This document shows positions 7,804 to 15,576 of a stretch of DNA of 17,613 nucleotides, piece by piece; position 1 is the stretch's first letter, and each line of letters begins with the position of its first letter. The stretch comes from a bacterium (lineage in GTDB: Bacteria > SZUA-182 > DTGQ01 > JAFGSM01), in contig JBLIRN010000055.1 in NCBI GenBank assembly GCA_049472315.1, positions 1 through 17,613 of the forward strand. The letters are read 5' to 3'. Below the pieces are notes generated by a model. It saw nothing but the letters and a program-made list of their open reading frames with translations. It was not told where the DNA came from and did no database searches. Made by a program: the position numbers and the translations under genes.

Positions 7804-7833
7804 TCGACAATCATTTTCAATTCATGGTATATT
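7804..7833 (+). promoter_or_regulatory. candidate sigma70 promoter (extended -10), suggesting a leaderless mRNA
   Basis: TCGACA-18 nt-TATATT with a TGn extension. The -10 ends 6 nt before ATG 7840 and no SD sequence is present. Confidence 0.45.
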
Positions 7834-7839
7834 TTTTAT

Positions 7840-8823
7840 ATGCCTGCCAATCTGCCGCCCGAATACTTCGAAGCAGAAAAGCGATACAAGGAGGCGGGAA
7901 CCCCTGCCGAACGGATTGCCGCACTTGAAGAGCTCATTGCAACGATTCCGAAACACAAGGGTACGGACAAGCTCAGGGCGGACTTCAGAAGACGGCTTTC
8001 CAAACTCAAGGAAGCGGCAACCCGAGGGAAAAAATCAGGAAAGGGCGACCTCTATTCGGTAGATCGGGAAGGTGCGGCGCAGGTCGCCCTTCTGGGGTTT
8101 GTAAACGTGGGAAAATCCTCGTTGCTCTCGACCCTGACCAATGCACATCCCGTTATCGCCGATTATCCCATGTCGACACTCATGCCCCTATCGGGGATGA
8201 TGCCGTACGAGGACATCCAGTTCCAGATTATCGACCTCCCCCCAGTCGGCAATGAATCCACGGACGGATGGGTATCCGGTATCGTGCGCAATGCGGATAT
8301 GTCTCTCCTGGTCATCGACCTTTCCGAAGACCCCGAGATCCAGGCGGAGCTCCTCTTCGATCAGTTGGAGCGGTGGCGCATCCAAATCCTGAAAAGGGAT
8401 GAGACATTGGAAATTGAGGAGCACAGGACATGGAAACGGGCACTGGTGGCGGGAAACAAGTGTGATCTCGAGCCTTCCCGGGAAGGATTGAAAGGCCTCC
8501 GGGAACGGTATGAGGCGTCGTATGCCATAGCGCCGGTATCCACGGTGACAAAACAGGGGGTCGAAGATCTCAGGCAGGCGGTCTTTGATGAGTCCGGCAT
8601 CATCCGTGTGTATTCAAAGGAGCCGGGGAAGGAACCCGACCTGGGCACTCCCTTTACCGTGCCGCGGGGATCGACGGTCATCGAGCTTGGGGAGCATATT
8701 CACAAGGACTTTGTCCACAAGCTGAAGTTTGCCTGCGTATGGGGTTCCTCGAGATTCCCCGGGCAAAAGGTTCATCGGGATCACGTCCTGCAGGATAAGG
8801 ATATCGTGGAGTTTCACCTGTGA
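7840..8823 (+). CDS. DRG/Rbg-like OBG-family GTPase with C-terminal TGS domain
   Basis: MPANLPPEY N-terminus, IPKHKGTDKL, G1 GFVNVGKSS, G2 DYPMST, G3 DLPP, G4 NKCD, and TGS IIRVYSKEPGK...IHKDF...VWGSSRFPGQKV...DKDIVEFH. Confidence 0.9.
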   Translation: MPANLPPEYFEAEKRYKEAGTPAERIAALEELIATIPKHKGTDKLRADFRRRLSKLKEAATRGKKSGKGDLYSVDREGAAQVALLGFVNVGKSSLLSTLTNAHPVIADYPMSTLMPLSGMMPYEDIQFQIIDLPPVGNESTDGWVSGIVRNADMSLLVIDLSEDPEIQAELLFDQLERWRIQILKRDETLEIEEHRTWKRALVAGNKCDLEPSREGLKGLRERYEASYAIAPVSTVTKQGVEDLRQAVFDESGIIRVYSKEPGKEPDLGTPFTVPRGSTVIELGEHIHKDFVHKLKFACVWGSSRFPGQKVHRDHVLQDKDIVEFHL

Positions 8824-9511
8824 GCCGCATTGGAAACAGACTGTAAAGGCATAGGGTATGTGGATTGATTCCAATACACCATGGTGAGCGAGTATCGATC
8901 CCGTTTGTCATCCACGGGGTCCGGATGCATAAGGCTTGGCGATTTATCGCGTCATTATTTTATCGTTCCTGCTGCTCAGGGGAGATCTTTCCCATTATCT
9001 TCCGGACAAAACAGAGGTAACGGTAAAAGTGAGCTTGCCCGGCAAGCCGCAATGACAGTGATTGAAGGTCTCAATGGTTCACACTGTCCTGGTGAGTGTA
9101 TTATAAATAAAGAATGATTTTATTATTTTAATATATTTTGAAACCATTCTTATCACGGATATATCAAAAGATATACCAAATACTGGAAATATTATTCCCA
9201 ATCATTTAAAATAGATATGAGACTTATAATCATTTTTGTGAGGTATTGTATCCGGGGATTTTAATTCACGCGAAGATAGATGGATTCGTAAGGGTCATTT
9301 TCATGGCTGCCCGGCCTTTTTAAGCCCTAAGCCGGTTTCACTGAATTTGTCGAATCCGGGCTACCGCCCTTGACTGCTGACAAATTATGAGATCCTGTAT
9401 AGCAAAGGGTCTTTTTATTAAAGGTCCGGAATGGCTCCTCAATGACCTGCGATGAAATTATCATGTTCGAATGAAAAGTAATGACGTTGTCTTGCATAAG
9501 GGGGTTTGATA

Positions 9512-11209
9512 ATGCGTAGTCAAGGATTCGCAGGAATGAAAAAAAGTGACGTTCTTTTTACATTCCTGCCACTGATCACGGCGGTCACTATACTTCTTTG
9601 TTTTGCCTCTCCGGCGATATCAGGGGAACCTTTGGGTGATGTGTATTTTTACAACGTAACCCCGGTAGGATTCAGCGTTGTCTGGCAGGTCGACACACCC
9701 AGCACGTGTACGGTTGTGGTCTATACGGATTCAGCCGGCACCACTCCGGTTTCCCCGGCGCCGCAGGTATATGAAAGAACAAATGGTTCCCCAACCGCCC
9801 AAGATAGGGGCGTTATGCAGGTTGACGTAGTGGGCCTTCTGCCCGAGACAACGTACTACGTGCGCACCGTTTCCACCGGCAAGGCCACGGGACCGTTTAC
9901 CGATACCTCGACATACTACTATCCTGAGTCCGGGCCACTGCTTTCTGTGAAGACCGTTAAAGAAAAGCAGTCACCGCAGACATGGAATGCAAAGCTGGCC
10001 CTTTCGGTGCTTCATCCGGATACCGGAAGTGCGCTGGACAATATTGTAATCATCGCAGATGTGGGTGCCATGTATCCGGTATCGTATCGGTCAAGCACTG
10101 GCAAAAACGGTTGGCCGGATAATGATACAGGACTAGGAAATCTCATCTTGATAAACTTTCCGTTGCTTATCCGTAATGCAACAGGTGATTACCTGGATTG
10201 GACGTCGACCACCATTACAGACAAGACGATGAACATTATAATACTGGGCGGTCTTGTCCCAGGTATCGGCCTGGGTCAGCGTTACATTTCAACTATTTAT
10301 CCAGCCGATCTTATAGAGCCTTCAGCCAGCAGCTACCCGGACGGCGGTTGCCTGCTGAATCTCAGTGTGCCTAATCCGCCCACCTCATGTGCTCAAGGGG
10401 TAATAAATCAATATATCCTTTATTACAATCAACCCCCGCAATTGGTCTTGCCTGGAGAAGACACAACCGACCCGCTTGATTCGGGAATTCCAGCATATTA
10501 CGATGAACAACTGCCTCTGCAGATATGTGCCTATGACCCTGAAGGAGACCCTTCCACAACATTCAGCCTGAGCGGGGAACCCGATTGGATGTACCTGCAG
10601 ACCTCCTTAACGGATGCAAACTGTATCGAGATCGCCGGGACACCGACCATGGGCGGGATTTACAGAAACATCAAACTCCGGGCATCGGATTCCGATTGGG
10701 CCACCACCTCGTTAACCTTCACGGTAATCGTCACCGAAGGTCCTCCGGCATCGCAGATCGAATATCCCATGGTCCTCCCCGTGGGCGGCTGGAGCATGAT
10801 CTCTCTGCCGGTAGATCCCGCAAATCCAAGGGCGGACGCCCTCTTTCCCGATGCCACCGCCATCTTCAAGCATACCACGACGGGCTATGAGCTTGTGGGT
10901 CCGGATGACGATATGGTGAAGGGAACGGGGTATTGGATATTCTTGCCTTCCACCGTTTCCGGCAACTATTCGATAATGGGATATCCCATCGAAGAGATGA
11001 CGATCACGAATGTGCCTTCCGGATGGTCGATGATTGGCGGTTGCACGTATTCGGCAACCGCAGCAAGCGAAGGCGGGGCGATTCGCGGAATATTCGGATT
11101 CGGGAACAGGTACGTTCACCTTAAGTCTTCGGATCCCTTACCCCCGGGTATGGGATTCTGGGTCAATTGCTCTGCGAACGCGACCCTGAACCTGGATACG
11201 ATACCATGA
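9512..11209 (+). CDS. secreted/cell-surface multidomain protein (FN3-like N-domain, Ig-like domain, two C-terminal GW...G(Y/F)W repeats)
   Basis: AAGGGGG RBS 7 nt before ATG 9512 (ATG 9536 is an alternative). Signal peptide ending ASPAISG; GLLPETTYYVRTVS (FN3-like); NQPPQL...AYDPEGD...PDWM...IAGTP...ASD (Ig/cadherin-like); GWSMISLP...GTGYWI and GWSMIGG...PGMGFWV. Confidence 0.85.
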   Translation: MRSQGFAGMKKSDVLFTFLPLITAVTILLCFASPAISGEPLGDVYFYNVTPVGFSVVWQVDTPSTCTVVVYTDSAGTTPVSPAPQVYERTNGSPTAQDRGVMQVDVVGLLPETTYYVRTVSTGKATGPFTDTSTYYYPESGPLLSVKTVKEKQSPQTWNAKLALSVLHPDTGSALDNIVIIADVGAMYPVSYRSSTGKNGWPDNDTGLGNLILINFPLLIRNATGDYLDWTSTTITDKTMNIIILGGLVPGIGLGQRYISTIYPADLIEPSASSYPDGGCLLNLSVPNPPTSCAQGVINQYILYYNQPPQLVLPGEDTTDPLDSGIPAYYDEQLPLQICAYDPEGDPSTTFSLSGEPDWMYLQTSLTDANCIEIAGTPTMGGIYRNIKLRASDSDWATTSLTFTVIVTEGPPASQIEYPMVLPVGGWSMISLPVDPANPRADALFPDATAIFKHTTTGYELVGPDDDMVKGTGYWIFLPSTVSGNYSIMGYPIEEMTITNVPSGWSMIGGCTYSATAASEGGAIRGIFGFGNRYVHLKSSDPLPPGMGFWVNCSANATLNLDTIP

Positions 11210-11214
11210 TGCCG

Positions 11215-11253
11215 ATCAAAACGGGCTGACGAGTATCTCAACCTGTTTTTGAT
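11215..11253. terminator. possible terminator hairpin
   Basis: Imperfect inverted repeat ATCAAAACGGGCTGA / TCAACCTGTTTTTGAT immediately after the stop at 11209. Confidence 0.4.
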
Positions 11254-11433
11254 TATTTAATACCTCAATCATTCGGTTTCATTCAGATTAAAGGCGTATC
11301 CGGCTTTTATCGCTCAAGGGAGTACCCTATTCGAACAAGCCATCCAGGCTCACGCTGCGGGGTATCCATACATGAAGCAACTCCAGGACGGTCATCGAAC
11401 AACGAATCGTGCCGAAAGGCAGCGATTGCAGCG

Positions 11434-12639
11434 ATGAGGGTCCCGAGATACCTGTGCATCCTTCTCCTCGTTATTGCCGTTGCAGGGTGCAATACCTCGC
11501 CTCGTAAGACCCTCACGGTCACCATGAGCCTCGCCGAGGAGGAATGGAAGGTACTGCGGCAGGAGATCTTCCCCTGCTTCGAGAAGGCGCACGGATTCCG
11601 CGTCCAATCCTATCAGATCGAATCCGGGCAGCTCTCCACCAAGCTTGAGGCGCTTATCAATGCGGGGAAATCGGAGATCGATGTATTCGCCCAGGATAAC
11701 ATGACCCTGGCGACCCTGGTCACCAGGGGACTTGTTCGGGATCTGTCCGCCCATGAACGGGACATCGACCGCAGGGTCCTGCAAAACCTGGTGGATGCAT
11801 GTACGTTCAATGACCGGCTCCTGTTCATGCCCTTCCGGCCCAACGTGCAGATCGTCTATTACAATACCGAGGCGTTCGAGCGCCATGGCCTCTCCCCTCC
11901 AAAAACCTGGGAGGAACTTCAAGACGTCGCACGGGCATTCAAGGAGAGGGAGGGAATGGGACGGGTCCTCATCAAGGCCTACGGCGGCAATCCCACCGCC
12001 ACCCAGGTATATGAATTCGTCCTCCAGGCGGGAGGGAATCCCTATGCATTCGACGATGAGGGGTGCATCACCGCATTCGAGTTCCTGCAGGACCTGCGAC
12101 CCTATCTTTCCCCTGAATCAGGGCGAGCCAAGTGGGATACGGTCAACGACATCCTGGCCAAGCAGGAGGCCTACTGTGCGGCCAACTGGCCCTTCGGCGT
12201 TCTGATCCTGGTAAGGGAGTACGGCCTTGATTTCATCGCCACGTACAGCGGCTGGGCCGGCCCTGCCGGGGAGCGCCATGTCATCGGCGGTGACGTGTTC
12301 GGTATCCCCATAAACGCTGCACATCCAAAGGAGGCACTCGATTTCATCCTTTTCATGCAGTCAAAACCGGTCCAGGAAATCCTGGTGTCCAAACTGGGCT
12401 GGCCCTCCATCAGGGACGATGCCTATGCAGAGGTGGAGCCGTGGCAAAGGCCCCATTTTGCCTCGGTGCAGGCGGCACTTGAAAGGGGTGTATTCAGGGA
12501 AAATGTGACCTGGTGGCCTGCATACAAAAAATACGCCGCCCTGGCATTCAAGGAAATCGTGATGGAAGGAGCGGAGGTGCGAAAAACGCTCGAACGCTAC
12601 AAAAAGGAACTCGAACAGGAGAGAAACCTTTATCGGTAA
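11434..12639 (+). CDS. carbohydrate ABC transporter (CUT1) substrate-binding lipoprotein
   Basis: Lipobox IAVAG-C, IVYYNTEAFE...PPKTWEEL, NWPF, IGGDVFGIP; first gene of an ABC operon. Confidence 0.92.
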   Translation: MRVPRYLCILLLVIAVAGCNTSPRKTLTVTMSLAEEEWKVLRQEIFPCFEKAHGFRVQSYQIESGQLSTKLEALINAGKSEIDVFAQDNMTLATLVTRGLVRDLSAHERDIDRRVLQNLVDACTFNDRLLFMPFRPNVQIVYYNTEAFERHGLSPPKTWEELQDVARAFKEREGMGRVLIKAYGGNPTATQVYEFVLQAGGNPYAFDDEGCITAFEFLQDLRPYLSPESGRAKWDTVNDILAKQEAYCAANWPFGVLILVREYGLDFIATYSGWAGPAGERHVIGGDVFGIPINAAHPKEALDFILFMQSKPVQEILVSKLGWPSIRDDAYAEVEPWQRPHFASVQAALERGVFRENVTWWPAYKKYAALAFKEIVMEGAEVRKTLERYKKELEQERNLYR

Positions 12640-12640
12640 C

Positions 12641-13498
12641 ATGATCCGACTGCTCAGACGATACGCCTTCGAAATAGTCTGTCTTTGCCCCCTGGTGCTG
12701 TTCCTGCTCATCTTCACCCTTGTCCCCATTATCCAGGTGTTCCTTATCAGCCTCAGGGAGCCGCACACCGCGGGTCTGACCCTTGCCCACTACCGCACCC
12801 TGCTCAGCCACCGGGAATTCCATCACGCCTTCTTCAACACCCTGTTCATCGCCATAGGGTCCCTCTGCCTGGAGATCTTCGCCGGCCTGCTCCTGGCCAT
12901 GATCCTTGCGGCCCGGATCAAGGGAACGGGGATCCTCAAGTCACTCTTTATGCTCCCCCTGGCGATCCCCACCGTGGTGGCGGCGGTCATGATGAGCTAT
13001 CTTTTCTCCACCTCCGGATGGATAAACCGGATACTGCTCGATCTGGGCATCATCCATGCCCCCGTCATGTGGTTGCAGGGAGGGGTGAAGAGCCTGTTTA
13101 CAATCATGGCCGCGGATAGCTGGAAGGTGACCCCCCTGGTAATGCTGATCCTGCTCGCCGGCCTGCAATCCATAGACAGGGACCTATACAAGGCGGCCCG
13201 GATTGACGGGGCCGGAGGATGGTACACCTTCCGTAGGGTGACCCTGCCGCTTCTCATGCCCTGCATCACCGCAGCGGTGATCATCAGGGGCATCGATGCA
13301 TTCCGGATCTTCTCGCTCGCCCTCATACTGATGGGTGAAAACCTGAAGGTGATCGGGACCTATGCCTACCTTGAGTATGCGGAATACAACAATCCCTATC
13401 TTTCAGCAGCCAGTGCGGTCATCCTGTTCCTGATGATCATGGGGGCGGTTTTCCTGTACATCAAAGCAGCGGGCAAGAAAGGGGTGCAGGCGGCATGA
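12641..13498 (+). CDS. carbohydrate ABC transporter permease (MalF/UgpA-like)
   Basis: Multiple TM helices; WKVTPLVMLILLAGLQSIDRDLYKAARIDGA (EAA-loop variant); FRRVTLPLL. Confidence 0.93.
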   Translation: MIRLLRRYAFEIVCLCPLVLFLLIFTLVPIIQVFLISLREPHTAGLTLAHYRTLLSHREFHHAFFNTLFIAIGSLCLEIFAGLLLAMILAARIKGTGILKSLFMLPLAIPTVVAAVMMSYLFSTSGWINRILLDLGIIHAPVMWLQGGVKSLFTIMAADSWKVTPLVMLILLAGLQSIDRDLYKAARIDGAGGWYTFRRVTLPLLMPCITAAVIIRGIDAFRIFSLALILMGENLKVIGTYAYLEYAEYNNPYLSAASAVILFLMIMGAVFLYIKAAGKKGVQAA

Positions 13499-14313
13499 GG
13501 GATATTTTTCGTTCACTCTGCCTGTGGCTCGTTATCCTCATCATCATTGCCGCCTTTTTGTTTCCCCTCTATATCATGCTGAAGATATCCCTGAGCGCCC
13601 CGCAGGACATATTCCGGCAAAACCCCCCATACCTTATCGAGCACCCCACCTTGAAACACTTCGGAGACGTCCTCTCCTCAGGGAGCGCCTTTTACCAGCC
13701 GCTTCGCAAAAGCCTGTGGACCGCCCTCTGGGCGAGCATCATCAGCCTGCTCCTCGCCATCCCCGCAGCTTATGCCATAGCGCAGTTTCACTATCGACTG
13801 CGCTACACACTGATCATGGCCATCTTCTTGAGCAGGATGATCCCGGAGGTCAGCATTGCCCTGCCCATTGCCGTTAGCTTCATCCAGATGGGGCTCTTCG
13901 ACACCACGCCGGGTCTGGTGCTCGCCCACCTCATCCGGATCCTTCCGGTGAGCTGTTTCATCCTGGTGGGGGTGTTCGGCGCATTTCCCAGGGATCTCGA
14001 AAACCAGGCCCGGATCGACGGATGCTCCCGGCCGAGGGCGATCCTCAGGGTGGTTCTCCCGCTTTCGCTGACCGGCATCAGCGTGGCGGCGATATTCTCC
14101 TTCCTTCTCTCCTGGGATGAATTCATCTACGCCTCCTACCTGTGCCTGGCAAAACCAACCATGCCCCTGAAGGTCTACTACTATGTATCGCGGGGCAACC
14201 TGTTTCACTCCGCCACCTATGCCGTGATCATCACCATTCCGGTCCTGGTCCTTACCTTTGCCTTGCAGCGGTATATACGGCCGGAATATCTTTCAGGCTC
14301 CATAAAGGGATAG
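13495..14313 (+). CDS. carbohydrate ABC transporter permease (MalG/UgpE-like)
   Basis: PAAYAIAQF, FPRDLENQARIDGCS (EAA-loop variant), FSFLLSWDEF; ATGA overlap with the previous gene. Confidence 0.93.
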   Translation: MRDIFRSLCLWLVILIIIAAFLFPLYIMLKISLSAPQDIFRQNPPYLIEHPTLKHFGDVLSSGSAFYQPLRKSLWTALWASIISLLLAIPAAYAIAQFHYRLRYTLIMAIFLSRMIPEVSIALPIAVSFIQMGLFDTTPGLVLAHLIRILPVSCFILVGVFGAFPRDLENQARIDGCSRPRAILRVVLPLSLTGISVAAIFSFLLSWDEFIYASYLCLAKPTMPLKVYYYVSRGNLFHSATYAVIITIPVLVLTFALQRYIRPEYLSGSIKG

Positions 14314-14315
14314 GT

Positions 14316-15386
14316 ATGGGATACCTGGTACTCGACCACATTGCAAAACGATTCGGCACAAGGGAGGTCCTGCGGGACATTACTCTGGACATCGACGCGG
14401 GTGCATTCTGCGTCATCCTGGGCCCTTCGGGGTGCGGAAAATCCACCCTCCTCAATATTGTGGCAGGACTCGAGGAGCCCACCGAAGGCAGGGTGATCCT
14501 GGACGGGAGGGACATCACCGCGCTGCCGCCGCACAGGCGTGATATCGCCATGGTGTTTCAGAACTACGCGCTCTACCCGCACCTTTCCGTGTACGAGAAC
14601 ATCGCCTTCGGCCTCCGGGTAAGACGGCTTCCAGACGAGGAGATCAAAAAAAGGGTCACCGAGGTGAGCCGGGTTTTGAATATCGGGCATACGCTCGATT
14701 CCCTTCCCCGGCAGCTCTCCGGAGGGGAGAGGCAGCGGGTCGCCACCGGCAGGGCCATTGTGCGCGATCCGAGCCTCTTCCTGTTCGATGAGCCCCTTTC
14801 CAACCTGGACGCCCGGCTTCGACTGGAGGTGCGCAAGGAGTTCCTGAGCCTCCAAAGACGGCTGCACACAACATCCCTCTATGTGACCCACGACCAGATC
14901 GAGGCCCTGTCGCTTGGGGACATGGTGGTGGTGATCAAGGATGCGGTGATCCAGCAGATCGCCCCCCCGAAGACCCTGTTCGAGGACCCGGACAACCTGT
15001 TCGTGGCGGAATTCATCGGCACCCCGCCCATGAATATCATCGAGGGGGAGATACGCATGGAGAACTCCACCATGAGCTTGGTCACCGGGGATTTTCGACT
15101 GGAGGTCCCGCCGCAGGCACGAAGCCCCCTTGAAAGGTATGACGGCACAACGGTGTTTTTCGGGATCCGTCCCTCCGCCATTCACTGTGCACAAAATGGG
15201 TATGAAGGGGAAATCATGCTGACCGAGATGCTGGGGGAAGAATCCCTGCTGTATGTGAGGCTTTCGGAAGGGATCGAGGTACGGGTCATGGGACCCGGCA
15301 GCGCCGGTTCAGGAAAAAGGGTTCACCTCAGGCTCGATCCTCAGCGAATGTACTTCTTCGACCGTAACGGCACACGTATCCGCTGA
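14316..15386 (+). CDS. carbohydrate ABC transporter ATP-binding protein (MalK/UgpC-like)
   Basis: GPSGCGKST, AMVFQNYALYPHL, LSGGERQRVA, LFDEPLSNLDA, YVTHDQIEA, FIGTPPMN and a C-terminal TOBE-like region. The true start is MGYLVLDHI at 14316, not 14142. Confidence 0.95.
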   Translation: MGYLVLDHIAKRFGTREVLRDITLDIDAGAFCVILGPSGCGKSTLLNIVAGLEEPTEGRVILDGRDITALPPHRRDIAMVFQNYALYPHLSVYENIAFGLRVRRLPDEEIKKRVTEVSRVLNIGHTLDSLPRQLSGGERQRVATGRAIVRDPSLFLFDEPLSNLDARLRLEVRKEFLSLQRRLHTTSLYVTHDQIEALSLGDMVVVIKDAVIQQIAPPKTLFEDPDNLFVAEFIGTPPMNIIEGEIRMENSTMSLVTGDFRLEVPPQARSPLERYDGTTVFFGIRPSAIHCAQNGYEGEIMLTEMLGEESLLYVRLSEGIEVRVMGPGSAGSGKRVHLRLDPQRMYFFDRNGTRIR

Positions 15387-15387
15387 C

Positions 15388-15417
15388 AGGGGTTTCCTCG
15401 AAAGGGAGAGCCCTCTT
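15388..15417. terminator. possible terminator hairpin between convergent genes
   Basis: GGGTTTCCTC-GAAA-GGGAGAGCCC stem with G-U pairs and one mismatch, directly after the ATPase stop; weak U-tract. Confidence 0.35.
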
Positions 15418-15576
15418 AGGCATGGTGATAGAAAATTGCCTCGGCCCCGGAAAAGGTGGGGTAGCTGTCTATGTGCGCCATAGAATCAAACAATTCCACC
15501 CATCAGATAAAACCCCCTGGCACCTATGTCCCGAGAAACCTATAAGAGCGAATGTAATGCTGCACATATCCGACGG

